The notes beneath the pieces are model-generated. The model ran no database searches. It was given only the letters and a program-made list of their open reading frames with translations, and was not told the origin of the DNA. The position numbers and the translations under genes are program-made. A DNA stretch of 64,000 nt, from positions 16,864,001-16,928,000 of the forward strand of contig JBHGNT010000005.1 in the NCBI GenBank assembly GCA_043228905.1, written 5' to 3'. Of the stretch, positions 1 through 13,464 are shown piece by piece. This DNA comes from Azolla caroliniana (taxonomy: Eukaryota > Plantae > Polypodiophyta). The stretch's first letter is position 1; each line of letters opens with the position of its first letter.

Positions 1-69
1 CAGGAGCTCACTACACACTACGCGGTCGTACATAAGAAAAGTACACCGTACTATTCTCAGGCAAACGGA

Positions 70-399
70 TTGGCAGAATCTACTAATAAAATTTTGCAAA
101 CAATCCTGAAAAAGATAGTCAATGAGAACCGCACCAATTGGGATGACAAGCTCCAGAGTGCATTATGGGCATATCACACCACATTTAAAATTAGCATTCA
201 ATCTACACCCTTTCAGATGGCCTTTGGTTTGGACGCAGTCATGCCGATCGAGTTCCAAGTTCCGAGTCTCCGAGTTCAGGTTAAGGAAAGGCTACCCAAG
301 GCCCAATCAGAGCAATATCGGCTCGAACAACTCCTCGAACTCGGCGAACATCGAGTGGCCAACATGGCTCAACTGGAACAACGCAAACACAAGGCATAG
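70..399 (+). pseudogene. Gypsy integrase C-terminal remnant
   Basis: Preceded by STPYYSQANGLAE, a typical rve core end; the ORF is truncated. Confidence 0.85.
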
Positions 400-725
400 C
401 ACTCCTATGACGCGTGGCCATAATACCTTATTATGGCAACCGCAACCAAGAATCTAAAGGATCTTCTCCCTGCACAAAACCCTAGGTGGTCACATAAAAG
501 AAGCTACCCCACACACAACGCGCCCACTCACACAGAAGCTTTCTTTCCTTCACAGCCTTCAAGCTCCCAAGCTCTCTCTCATTCTCATCGCTCCTGCAAA
601 TAGGCCTTCTCTCGCCCTCATAGCCCCGCACAGAACAACGCAAACAATCACCTTCCATCTCTCTGTCTCGCCCTCGTCTCATCGCTTCCCCCCACTCTCC
701 CTGTCAACAAACCTTCGAGTCCACC

Positions 726-3410
726 ATGCCTCTCCCTGCATCGCTGGAAACCCGTTCTTGGCTACAACAACAAGGATTGGGCGACTATTTAAGGGTCATC
801 GACGCCCTAGTGCGCCTTGACACCCAAGCAATAGCACGCAGAATCCACTCCAACACAGTGACCAACAATATGATCGCGGTGCTCTGGACCTTACGCGAGG
901 TGGAGAACATGAAGTCGAGATTCCTCCTCACACAACCCTCAAGGAATACTTTGGGATGTATTCGATGTCGGGAAAAGCTTACCACACTTACGGAGGACGA
1001 ACCAAGTCATTTGGGGAGATCGCCAGAATTTTGATGGAAGATGCCTTTGTGCATACAAATCCCACAAGTATGCCATAGAATAAGGCTGCCATCATCATCA
1101 GAGAGTACGAAGGCGACAAAGTCAATTGCGGAATCGTCACCGGCGAAGGAGTCCGTGCAGCACTGGAATCTTTTCAATCCGGTAAGCGATTGCTACCTGT
1201 GTTGATCCATTACCTCACAGTCCTCTACCCATCTCCTTCATTCTCCCATCGTCGCATCCTCACCTCCCCACCATCACCATGGAAACAGCGGGAGTAGATT
1301 TTGGCATTAACCCAGGAAGAATGGGAAGACCCCTCGCCCTCTCCACCTCCCTCGGCCGCTCGGAACCCTACTCCCACCTCAGCACCACCCCCACCGAAAA
1401 CACAGAAGCAACGGGCATTACCAGTGACCCATGTCGAATGGGACGAGGCCGAGGAGCCCATCAGTGAGGATGTCACCATACGACAGAAAACACCCAAGGA
1501 CATCGATGCCCTCTCCACAACCAAGCCCACGGCCCACAAATTAGCAGCCCTAGGGCATATGGCAACAAAAGAGAAAACAAGCCGAGGAGACAACACCATA
1601 GGCCCCAGACTCACAGGATCAGCCGAAAACGAAACAACGCATCAATTGTGAGTCGACCACAGAAACCGAGGGGACCCAACATCAGAAATCAAAGGAGGCC
1701 AGCCCGACCTCCACGGCCATGGTACCAGTAGAGTCATGGCTCCAAGTAGGTAGGATTCAGCATGGACAAACCACGCAGATATCAGAGGAGGAAGTCCTTG
1801 GTTACTAAGACCTCCCTACGGAGGCATACGAGTTCAGTGCACTACTTCGACTGGGCACAACATATGAGTTGATGGATTTCCTCGTGCGCGCCCAAGTAGT
1901 TGCCACCGCTCGTATGGCCGAGGAGCACGCGGAAATCAAGAGGATCCAACGTGCACTAATGGGAGAACTCGAACCTCAACAAGATCGAGCCTTACAGAAG
2001 ATAGGTCGGAAGAAGCAAGCACAGAATGCTTCCCTCCTCATGGAGCTACCAGATTTGAACACGGCCTTAGTCGAGGCATATCGAAATCTGCACCACACAA
2101 CTCAGGCAACCAAGGATATGGCCCGACGTATCAAAATGACAGAACATCAAGCCAAACGGGCCACCGAGCTATGGCAAGCCACTGAGCAAAAACTGGAATC
2201 ATTGGAGCAGCAACATCAAGAACAGCCCGCCCTTAAGCCTCCATGCCCCGAGTAACGATGTCTCACCAGCCCCGAACCCGAACCCAAGCCTGAGTGCTAC
2301 TATTACCGAAACACACAACGACGACACAACTCTCCCCAGGGTAGCCTGCACCCTCAAACCAGCCACGCCTCCATGCAAACGGTGCCGCCAGTTGTCATCA
2401 ACACCAATGAAAAATCTCTCATGGCAGACAGGACATTGTGCCTCCAGACCAGGCACGCTTCCATGCAAACGCCATGACCGCCTGTCGTCATGGATAGATC
2501 TACACAAATGGACAGGGAACCCAATCCCCGAAACCAGCAAGTTGCAACCCAAACAGGGCCTCCCCTCCGTGACTAGCAAGACGAGCTCAAGGCCCAGATC
2601 GCTCGGGTCAAGTTAGCAGAACAAAACCACAACAACACTATTGGCCAACTATAGGAACAAGTTGCGGGCCGCGAACCTGACCTCAAGCGACTACTTGCTG
2701 AAAGCTCGGCCGCACTCAAAACACAAGAAAGAGAAGTGATGAACCTTCAGATCGCTATCACCAAGGCCAAAGAATGATTCATCAAAGAAGCAAAGAGGAA
2801 TAGCCAACGGGAACGCGAGCTATTCACAGACAACCAGGAATTATGCCGTCAACAAAGGGAATTACAAGATTTGGCAAACGAACACATGCAAAAGTGGAGG
2901 ATCTCTAAAGAGCAAAGGGCGCAAATTTCCAATGCTTATCATCAGTTGCAAACAGAGGACATCGCCGCTAGGGAACGACAACGGGACGCTTGGAGAAAGG
3001 AAGTGGACGAAACTATAGCTCAGCTCACCAAACGTTACGAGCAGACAATCGCGCTCGTAACCGCAAAAGCAAAGGATAACCAAGCTACTCTGGAGCTCCT
3101 CGTCTGCAAATGCACAGAAGACGCCAAGGCCGCAAGGGAGGAAGTGGATGTTCACCGAGCTATCATCAGCATGGACAATACTAAAGTAAGGATCATGATC
3201 AACAAATATCGTCAGCAACTCACCAAGAAGATCGAGGAAACGCTCAACCGTGTATGGCAGGAATGGTCAACCCAAGCCGTTGAACTACACATATTACGCG
3301 CGGACAATGAGAACCGAAGGAAGGACGGTGGAGGGTTCTACAAGATGGATAACACCAACATCCAGACCCTCTGTGAAGACTTGACTGAGGAATATCATAC
3401 CTTAGCATAA
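726..3410 (+). pseudogene. Degraded sense-strand extra ORF of element G (N-terminal conserved domain plus coiled-coil region)
   Basis: Fragments 726-1034, 1301-1651, 1869-2255 and 2871-3410. WLQQQGLGDYLRVIDAL matches WLKQHGLEGFLRIVEAL in 22421-22819, and LRADNENRRKDG matches LRADTENRQKEG near 20540 (- strand). Confidence 0.65.
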
Positions 3411-3878
3411 TCCCACACCGCGGCAATTGAGCAACTTCTAGAGGAATTCAACGACGATCAAATGATGTTCTGTTTAGAAGCCGAATGTTACGAGGAGGAA
3501 CCCTACCATGACTAACAGAGCTCCCATGACCGATGAGCACGACCCAGAGCCAACCACAATAACCACCACGAAAGCCAGACACCCACATCACAACCGAGCA
3601 ACAAACTATGACCACGACCCTGCCTGAATCGGAACCAACAGAGGGCGGCGCACGCAAAGACACAGCCATCTCGGACTTGGCAGCAAAACCCCCATCACCA
3701 ACCCCACCTTCCAAGTAGCCAGACCAACCCCACGCCCCCGAGGATATCCTCGGCATATTAGAAGAGGATTAAAACAAATTCGTAAGCCCTTGTATAAAAG
3801 GGAAATTTTGTAAAAAAATTTGGCAAAATCCATTGTTATCCCTCCACTTTGTGAATCGTGGGTCTGACGGACAAATTC

Positions 3879-3897
3879 CTGTCCCACGGGCGTGCCA
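3879..3897 (+). other. tRNA-Arg 3'-end-like sequence at the PPT position of element G
   Basis: CTGTCCCACGGGCGTGCCA ends 2 nt before the LTR start TGTTG (3900). No purine run is adjacent. Confidence 0.7.
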
Positions 3898-3899
3898 AG

Positions 3900-4350
3900 T
3901 GTTGTCCAGAGGCCAGAAATATAAATACACAATATGTAAACTCGCCGGTAGGTAGAAAAGTAGGTAAGGAAATAGGTAGAACTAAAATAGTCAAGTTTTG
4001 AGCCCTCACAATCAGTTGATGGCTCGGCTCTATGTAAAGAAGAAAACTATATAAGCCGAGACTTGCATACCTCTAGGAGAGAGAGATACATAGATTAGTT
4101 AGCAGGATTAATATCATAGCACGGAGCTCTACACAAAATTGTTTCCGGCCGAGAGTCGTGTATTGTATTCACTATGAGCTTTCTCATTTAATATAAATCC
4201 CGCTCTTACTGTTCCTTTATCTGTGTATTCTTCCTGTACTAGTAAACCGAGCTACGTCTACGTCTACGTCTATGTCTACCGGGTTGTAGCCAGTGTACGC
4301 TCCCCATTCCCCTAACGTCTTTTCGGTGTAGAAGAAGCCTCCACGTAACA
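3900..4350 (+). repeat. 3' LTR of element G
   Basis: TG..CA termini with TATA and polyA-like signals. The partner LTR is not in the window, so the boundaries are inferred. Confidence 0.55.
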
Positions 4351-4445
4351 CAACCCCTTGATACCGATAGCCTGTGGGTTCATCGAAATTGTTTCCTCCA
4401 GAAACGGTTAACAAATCGCAATGATCCATTCTTCTTTGGCACCGT

Positions 4446-7400
4446 TGTCGCGAAGATTCGCGCGTGCATGTGCTACTCGAGCAACCACCGGGGTCTTGGA
4501 CTGGGGAGGACGTTCGCGGAATTATCGAAGAGATGACGATCAATGTAAGATTGGATGAAATTTGTTCACTTGAGAAGAAGAAAGATTGTACGCTTGAGAA
4601 GTAGAAAAATATGAAGAAGATAAAGACGAATATAATTATATTGATGATAGTGGTGTTGGTGATATCACATATTGACACCCCCTTTACATAAGCTCCACTA
4701 GGGTTTTTATAGCTCTTTTCATGCACAAAACCATAGGTTTAGAACCATGGTTTTGGGGACACGGTTTTGCCTATGACATGCACAATCCATGGGTTTAGAA
4801 CCATGGTTTTGTGCACATGGTTTTCTATGGTTCTTTCATCTATAATTTGTATATGAAAAGGAAATACATAAAATCTACAATATATGATAGTTGTCCTAGT
4901 GGTAAGGCAAACATCTTGTATCTTAGAGGTGCAAGGCTCAAACCTTGCTTGCACCCCTCTATATGAACTCAAGTGCAACTAGGCCTTAGGCTTATTTGCT
5001 AAGTGTATGTGCAATGTTGCACATCCTTGGTTTATTCATCTCACTCGGTTTCACACCGTAGCCGAAAATCGTCACGACATCTACCCCCACCAAACCCGCA
5101 CATCCTCCGGTATGTGCCGAGAAAGGTGAAGAGGTGAGATCTTTGGCAACGGTGATCAACAGAGTTCCTCTGCATGCTCGTCGACCTCGTCTGACTTCAT
5201 CTTCCACTTCGAATATGCCCAATCTTTCCAACCGAACCACCGTAACCACCCGATCCACCATATCCGGCGTTCACACCTTCTTCCCCGGTCGGTTGTAGTA
5301 GATCTACCAGACGATGTCGTCGATCCGACCGCTCTTCCTTCGTCCACCGCGTGTGTCCTTCAATTGGACTCCTGGCCACTCCTCGCGCTCACCGTCTTCA
5401 ACTGGGTGTTGTGGATCGTTCGTGTCAATCTCCGATTAGGCCAGGTTTGCCCTTGTCCGGATTGGTATCCGTCGATCGCTTCCCGGCTCGGTTGGCCTTC
5501 GTCTGCATTCGCATTTTCCCAAGTCGGGCTCGACCGATTGATTCTGGCTGGGTCAGCGCCCTTTTGGATCGGGATGGTCCGATAGATTTCCGCCGAATCA
5601 GGTTTCAGCCGGGTCGGCCCTAGTCGATTGGCTCCCATGTGGATCTTCCTTCTTTCAGTCCGGAATCCCAGCCGGATCGTCTTCCGGTTCGACCAGTTCT
5701 CGACTCTTCCTCCCTTCCCGCATGCCACCTCACCATCGAACTCAACCGTAGCTTCATCCTTGGCCTCCTCATCGGCCACATCCTTCCCTTCGTGTATGCT
5801 CGCCTCGAGCCATATTGTCTCATCTCCGCCATCTCCTTTATCTTCGGTCTTATGTAGACACACAGTCTCGATTACCGAAGTCTTCGGAACCGGTGTGAAA
5901 GAATCCCTTCATTCATGCACATTTACCTTGTCTTCCTCATCACCCTTCCAGTCCTCCACTTTTTCGTCGACACATTCCGTCTCTCCGGTCTCACGTTGGC
6001 GCACGTGCACAACTGCTGAAGTCTCTAGAATATGTGTGGGGATATTCTTTCGTCCTCGATCTTCTTCCTCCTTTTTTTGGGCCTTCGTCTTCCCGTCACC
6101 ACCTTCGGAATCCGTCTCTCCGGTATCATGTTGGCACACGGGCACAACCGCCGAAGTCTCTAGAACAAGTGTCGAGAAAGTCTCGACATGGCTATCCTCC
6201 GTCGACTCGTCCATAGCCATCTCTGACTCGATGCCATTTGTCATGGCTACCTCCTGAATCATGTCGAACTCAAACACTTTATCTCCCTCGATCATGCAAG
6301 CTTTTCTCATGCTTGTACCTTCATCACCCGATCTTTCGTACACAGTGCGTGTTCCGAAACATTTATCCTCCCTCAAAGTGGTGTTCGCCGTCCTCGAGTC
6401 ATCGGCCTCCTCCTTGGTCTTCATTTCTTCGTAAGACAAGAAGGTGACTTGTTTCGCACCTTCTCTCTCGGTACCATCATACTGAACCTGAGCGTTTGTA
6501 TTGGCCACTTCATTAACCCGCATTTGTTGGGAGGTCTCTTCTTCCTCGATCACCATTCGCCTCGGTTTTGTCTCCCTTTTAAGCTTCATGTCTTTTGTTG
6601 GTGGCGCGTCCCTCTTCGATCGTCCCTCATGGGCTGTCTTGTTGTCATCGATATTCTCGCTCGCCCCTTATCGTGTAGTCGGCATACACTTTCCACTTTG
6701 CTCCAATCCTCGATGAGGCCATTTGCACCGTCATCTTCTTCGAGTTTGAGACCGATGGCCATCCTTTCCATTCGATCGATTGACTTCACGAACATAAGGA
6801 CCTTATCGACCCCCACCAATCTTTGTTCCCGCTCTGAGAGTTAAGAAAAACGACGCTCGAAGTCTACGAATGCTTCTGTCGCGCCTTGGTGGGTCTTCAC
6901 CGATGTCACCCATTGGTCAAAGTTGCGTCAATCTCGTCCCTTCAGTCTCTCATAGCCATATTCCTCCAATAGAGCCTTCTCGAAAGTCGCCCACGAATCA
7001 TGAGCTTCTAGAAGCTCTTTTACATCTTTGAAGATCAGTTGAGACACCACCCGACCAAAGTACTCCAGCCTCATAGCTTCGTCCACACCTCTTGAATCCA
7101 TCTCCGCATTATAGACTTTTAGAAAAATTTGGACTTCGGCGCCGTTGAAATAGCTCACTCGCTCGACTACCCTCTCGACAACTTGTTGGGATTCATTTCG
7201 TCTTTTCCCTTCTCTCAGAAACTCCATCATCCTTTTTGGCATTGCCTCCATGAGATATTCACCATCCATCTTCGTCCTCCCCAGTTGCTCTTCATGTCGG
7301 GTTCACCAAATGATGTCGAGAAGATTCGCGCGTGCATGTGCTACTCGAGCGACCACCGGGGTCTTGGATTAGGGAGGACGTTCGCGGAATTATCGAAGAT

Positions 7401-7914
7401 ATGATGATCAATGTAAGATTGGATGAAATTTGTTCACTTGAGAAGAAGAAAGATTGTACACTTGAGAAGTAGAAAAATATGAAGAAGATAAAGACGAATA
7501 TAATTATATTGATGATAGTGGTGGTGGTGATATCACATATTGAGCCCCCCTTTACATAAGCTCCACTAGGGTTTTTATAGCTCTTTTCATGCACAAAACC
7601 ATGGGTTTAGAACCATGGTTTTGGGGGCACGGTTTTGCTTCTGACATGCACAATCCATGGGTTTAAAACCATGGTTTTGTGCACATGGTTTTCTATGGTT
7701 TTTTCGTCTATAATTCGTATATGAAAAGGAAAAGTGGTAAGGCAAACATCTTGTGTCTTAGAGGTGCAAGGTTCAAACCTTGCTTGCACCCCTCTGTATG
7801 AATTCAAGTGCCACTAGGCCTTAGGCTTATTTGCTAAGTGTATGTGCAATGTTGCACATCCTTGGTTTATTCGTCTCACTCGGTTTCACACTATAGCCAA
7901 AAATCGTCACGACA
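4446..7914 (-). mobile_element. Non-autonomous gypsy element A (gag remnant only) inserted in the RT of B
   Basis: LTR pair 4446-5079 and 7314-7914 (TGTCG..CGACA). PBS-Trp at 7291-7308, PPT GGTGGGGGTAGA next to 5079. Degenerate 4-bp TSD CCGT/TCAT. Gag pieces at 6928-7269 and 6586-6819; no pol. Confidence 0.85.
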
Positions 7915-7918
7915 TCAT

Positions 7919-10900
7919 GAACCACCAATTAGAATAAGGAGCATTCGACAGTTCCAGAATTCCCATATTCACCTTCTCCTTTAAGAGCTCGATCAGCTTC
8001 AGTAGGTGTGCTCTCGGAACCGATATCTGTTTCAAATTCCAAGGTACGTGCAGCACCGTGAAGATCACCATCGGCTCTATCATCCTTGGATCAACACATT
8101 CGATTTCTTGTAGGAAATATGCGAAAGCCTTCCCATGTCGCGAAACATTCGCTCTTTTTCAGGGAGGAGGAAATCCTCCCTTCCAACTCGTAGCTTTCCC
8201 TTCGTCTCTTCGGTGAAGACATGACCTATTGTCTTCGGATCTTTTAATCTTGGATCGTTAGTGACTTCCTTCATCTTTTGCCAGCTATCTTCTGGTATCA
8301 GAACCGCAACTGGCTTGATCTTCTTATCCACCGTTTTATATTTTGTGTTGATGTCAACTTCCTTCATCAAGATGTTTCGATGATAGCGTACATGTTGATG
8401 GAGTTAACCGAAATCATGTGAGGATCGTGTAGATAGCTCAAGTCCACGACATCCTCGATTTCGCCGATGGTGTCGTTAAATGAGGCTTCTTCCATAATAT
8501 GAGTCACGAACTCTTCTTTTTCTATTATGTTTTCTTCTTTCAGCATCTTCTCGAAGTCTTGTATCCGACACTTGTCCTTCTTGTCGGGTAGTACTAGTTT
8601 ACATGCGCCACTAGGTGTGACACATGTTGCTTCTCCTCGCAATCCACGCGCTCTACTCCCTTGTGGGGACTTGTGATCGCTCGGACTATTTGTGCCCCAT
8701 GCTTCAATAGTCTGCTCTAAAAATCCGAAGTATCTTCTCCGAGACAATCCCGATTCCTTTCATGGTTGGCACATACATTCAAGAATTGTACAGCCTTCTT
8801 CCCATCAAAACTCCTTACTCGAGCAAATGCCGCACCATTGTCGAACACTTTGGTTTCCATCTGCGATGATGTTATGTACGGTTGCCCAAGAATGATGGGA
8901 TGGGACGCCGAGTCTTGAACAAAAAAATGTTGATCTATCTCAACATCGCCAATCATGATGGGGATGTTAGGACATGCCCCATACAAGTCTTCAGTAGCTT
9001 TTGTAGCCACATGGATCTTCCACCCATGATTCGTATTTATGGGCCATCTTCCCTTCCTGTAAACTTCAGTCAACATAAGGTTGATTTCGGAGCCATGGTT
9101 GATCAAGGCTACCACGGTCTCTTTCTTCTCCCCGATCTTCACTGGTGTCTCCGTTGTCGCTCGTGCCCAATGAAGTCGAGTATAGTGGTTGTCCACCATA
9201 TCTTCATAGACTTCGTCCCTTGCCATCGTTATGGCATTTTTTTTATCTTTTTGTGGCTTCTCTTCTTCCTTGTCCGATTGTTGCCGTTTTCTCTTTACAA
9301 GGTCTACGATCGTGTCATGGAACTCCTTTGTAATGCCGAGTAATTCCCTCAAGGACAAAGTGACATGGCTATCAAGAATGCCTTCCTCGAGAATCTTCTT
9401 TAGGTCTGTCGTCTACTCTATGTTCGACCTTAGCTTATAGGTAGGCATAGTCCTTGTCTTTCGAGCGGGGTCTTCGACACCAATCTGCACGGGTCGAACC
9501 GTTTCTTCGACTCGTTTCCTTGACTCTTCTTTCCGGCTTGAGTCTCCATCCTCCATTTGTAAAGCTCGAGTTGCTTCTGCATCTTCTTTCTTCTTCGTGC
9601 TCCTTGTTTCATTTCTTTTTGACGGGTTATCTTGCCCTTCCATTCTTTTTCTCTTTTCATCCACGAACACCTCGTGGTTGTCACACATCACTTCTGCGAG
9701 TATGGTGTTGTCATCTATCGGATCCGACCATCCGGTTATACTTTGTACACTTCAATCTGCAAGCTCTACCTTGTTCGAAGTGACTTTTCTCTTCTTCTCA
9801 TACTCAAAAACGGTAGACCAAAACTTTGTTCCCGTTCTAGCAGCTTCATTTTTATCTTTTCCGACTCTAATTCTAGTCGTTGCAGCATAGTGCATCGCAT
9901 CCACCTGAGTCGCCTCAGCATCTTCCATAGATTTCTTCATTCCCCCTCTTCCGAAATTCACCCGCAGGGGTCTTCAAGTTTCAGTCGAGCAGATCATGTT
10001 GTCATCCATGTATACGATATTTTGTCGGATCACCCCTTGAAGGCTCGCGCAATCCCTTCTCATGTGGTCCATGCTATCGCACCACACACATCTAGAGGGT
10101 TCTTTTCCTTTGGGGCCCCGATGATTCATGTTGGCTAGCGTAACCAACTCGAACTTCTTTGCTAGCTCTTCGATGATGTCTTCATCAATCTTCTTTTATT
10201 CCGGGTTGCTTTGTTTGGGCGGCTCAACTACTTTCGGTTGTCTTGTTTTCTCTGCGATAGTTGATCCTGCCAAGTCGGTGTCATCAACCCACTGATGACG
10301 CTTGTCTCGCCAATTGCATGCTCGCTTCACCGGGATCCAATCCGCCACAAGCCCATTCACTTGGGTATCATCTTCGAGGAGAGTACCCAGTTCTTGTCTA
10401 TCCTTTATATCCACAGCCTTTAGGAAGTACAAAGTTTTGTCCTCCTCAAGTAGCACTTAGTCTATGGCGGGAAGACGAAGAAACATTTGGTCGAATTCGT
10501 CGTACACCCTCGAGGCGCTCATCTTCTTATTCTTCTTTTCTATCCACTTCATCAAGGCATGTCGAGTCATCCTTGAAAAATCTTCCATCGTGAACTCCTG
10601 TAATATCACTTTCTCAAACTCCGACCACGTTGTCTCCCCTTCTTGAAGCTCGATGATGTGCCTTTGGATGTTGTTGGCGACCACTCTCTTGAAACTTGTG
10701 ATTTGACGCGCTTCAGACACGTCCCTCTAATTCATCTCCCTTCTATATGCGTCAAGGAACTTCGTAATGTTCCTTCCGTCAAATTGACCCTTGAGCTCAA
10801 CAACACAGTCGACAGCCTTCTCCATGCTCGCATCGTTGTCTCGAGATCTCATCATTTGTTCGACGATCAACATCATCCTTTCAAACTCTCCTGCTTGATT

Positions 10901-10966
10901 GCTTGAGGGTGTCATCTCCAAGTATCGGTTGATCCTCGATTTTATCCTTCCTGCCGCCTCTTTCAC
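7919..10966 (-). pseudogene. gag-protease-RT start of element B (multiple stops and frameshifts)
   Basis: ORF pieces 10727-10966, 10457-10720, 10196-10456, 8717-9358 (ALINHGSEINL protease), 8367-8747 and 8080-8370 (NTKYKTVDKKIKPVA). Confidence 0.85.
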
Positions 10967-12103
10967 ATCGGGTTCACCACTTAATTATGTCGTGAAGATC
11001 CATCACTATGTGCAAATTGTGAGGCGGAACCGCCGGGGTTCTGGACTGGAAGGACTCAAAGTACGCACTAGCTTTAGCGAGAAAGGATTTAAGATAGATT
11101 GAGAGCGAGAGATTGAGATAAGATAGAACGCTTGACTTTAGATTGAGAGAGATTAAGATTGAACTCTTGACTTTAGATTTGAAGAACAAGATTGATACAT
11201 CAATTGGATAATGAATTTCTTACTTTTAATTTCTTGATTAATACATCGCTCCCTTTTGTCTTTTTCATCCACCCTTTTATAGATGCTCCCATGCATATGA
11301 TGCATGTAAGGGTACTAGACATGCATACAATGCATGGAATGCATGTGATGCATGTTTGCCATTTGGCGCTCAACATCACATGTCACTCAATCAAGCTCTA
11401 ACATGAGAATTTACATGTAAAACTATAATGATAGGAAAAACATTTCTAAAGAAATGACATAGCCTAGTAGTAAGTCTATTGCCTCCTATCTTGGAGGTGC
11501 AAGGTTCAAGTCTTGCTTACATCCCTTTTAAAGCACAAAATATTATTAGGCTTTTGAACCAAATATCTTTAAAATGCACCAACCCGATCGATCCGTCCGA
11601 TTTGCATCCGTTCGGTTTGGCCCGGTTCAGTCTGCATCTCGAGGTCCCCGGATGCCGGATGTCGTCGTCGTCCGTCACCAGATCCATCGCCAGTTCCGTC
11701 GCCGGATATCGTCGTCATTCGTCCGTCCAGTTCCGGTTCCATCGCCGTCCAAAACAAATGAACTTGACTACATCCATTCATCAAGTCATTTAACTCATCC
11801 TTTCTATTCTCCACACATAGACACAAAGGTAATAGCTTTTGCTCTTCCTTATATATGGTGAAATCCTTATTTGTCCTATCTATGTGGGATATATCACAAT
11901 TTTTTATTTTTCTCTTTTTCTTTCCAAACTTCATACCCACATAACTTGACACTCAAATGTCCATTTATTATGTAGCAAAGTGCATTCAAAAGCTCTTGAA
12001 GATCTCCATACATTATTATTGTTTCATATTGTGTGTGAAGAACCACACTCGATTTTGTACATTCCATGCAATTTTCACACCGTTGCCGAAAATCTTCACG
12101 ACA

Positions 12104-13464
12104 ACGTACTAGGCTAGGATCGTATGCCTCGAACGGCCTACCAGTTACACTAAAATCTAGACAACGATCCGGCTCTTGGTTTATTGAGACGATCTGGATC
12201 ATGCCGAGGTTGCTCGCTCAACGCGATCCTTCAACGTAGTGCGACCGCTGCCAATTTTCGTGTTTGGTTTTGCCGAATCTGGATTTGTCCAACAACGCGC
12301 TTCTTCCAGCACTCGCTCTCTCAGTGGCCTTTCTTGCCATAGTACCAGCATTCTATGTAGACCTTTGATTGCCAGTTTCTGGCACTGCCTTGACTCCCCT
12401 ACTCGTGGAGGGTCCGAAACTACTATCGGTAGTACCTTTGTGCCTTCTTTCCTACTCTTGTCGGCCGCCACTATTGCATGTTGATCCACCATGTCCTCCA
12501 CGCCCACGGGGCCAATCCGCTTCCATGTACAGCATCTGGTTGTACGATTGAGTGGTCCTCGACCCACTCATGTGGTTTTCTTTGAACATTAGCTTCGATT
12601 GTAGGTTGAAAAAGGACGGTGGCTTCTCCCCGGTGCATATCAACGTCTGGGTTGGCCCGTACCTCTGCGCTAGATCACTGAGGCAGATCCATACCATCTT
12701 GTCTTCGTCCACCGTCACGTTGATGGACTCTAGTGGGTCGCGGATCTCCTTTATTTTCTTGGTGTAGTCGATAACTGACATGTCCCTTTGCTGCATGTTG
12801 TTGAGATCTTGTCGGACCTGCAAATTCTGGGTCGTGGTACTTGCGCGAATATCCTTTTGTGATTTTCCCCGGCTTCCTTCGACATTTTCATGTCTCTAAT
12901 GTAGTCGAGCATCTATTCGTGCACATAGGATGTGAGATAGTACAATATGCAACTCGTTGCTTGTTCCCATACCAGGAACTCCTTGTGTGCTAGCTCCGAT
13001 GCTACTTCATTTGCTCCTTCGACATAAGTCCAGTCGTCGTGCCTCAACAGGTACTGGTGCATCTTGTAGGACCAAGACCCATAGTTGTTTCTCTCAAGCT
13101 TCTCCGTCAAAAGCGATCTTGCCATGCTTCTATCCATTTCCTCTTTTGTCTGTTCTTACTGGGAATTAGGGTTTGTCTGTGTTACAACTCTTGTCGACAA
13201 CAGAAGATTCTCAACCCTCATGCTTCGATACCATGAAAAAGCTAGCGTGCGGAAGCGTATTGACACAACCGGCTGAGCCGGATAGCAACAAAGAATATAC
13301 GAAGGTTTAATGGAAAGCTTGGAAATACATAGAGTACACACGGGAAAGACAAAGAGAGTAGAACACACAAAACTTATTTCAAAATACTCTATGAACTCTG
13401 TCTATGTACAACTGTGCTTTAGAGCACTTTCTATACAAGTCCTTAAAAGGATTGGCAGGTACTT
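12104..13464 (-). mobile_element. Degenerate Ty1/copia element I (gag only). Its 5' LTR is split into 13234-13464, 19273-19384 and 51894-51924 by later insertions H and E
   Basis: Gag pieces 12913-13137 and 12452-12823 are homologous to H gag. PBS-iMet-like TGGTATCGAAGC at 13222-13233. LTR terminus GTTGAGCTTGTCCGCTCAACA at 51904-51924 matches the H LTR start. 12104-12222 resembles the same LTR. Confidence 0.7.

Larger units (their letters stand above)
1..4350 (+). mobile_element. Ty3/gypsy LTR retrotransposon G, 3' part (integrase end, extra ORF region, 3' LTR); 5' part lies outside the window
   Basis: Integrase tail at 70-399 (ESTNKILQTILKK..WDDKLQSALWAY..TPFQMAFGLDAVMPIEF) is homologous to 43579-44268. 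LTR-like segment TGTTG..AACA at 3900-4350 contains TATATAA and AATATAAA. Same layout as element E. Confidence 0.75.
4351..12103 (-). mobile_element. Ty3/gypsy element B (tRNA-Trp primed), 3'-truncated and interrupted by element A
   Basis: 5' LTR 10988-12103 (TGTCGTGAAG..CTTCACGACA). PBS TGGTGAACCCGATGTGAA at 10962-10979. Gag, protease and RT fragments are homologous to element C. The RT reads ..APYSNWWF (7919+) and continues TVPKKNGSLRF left of 4446. Confidence 0.85.

Noticed and set aside
5360-6589. Acidic ORFs in element A as a captured host gene
   Set aside because: Low-complexity sequence with an internal duplication downstream of gag, and no domain is recognisable.
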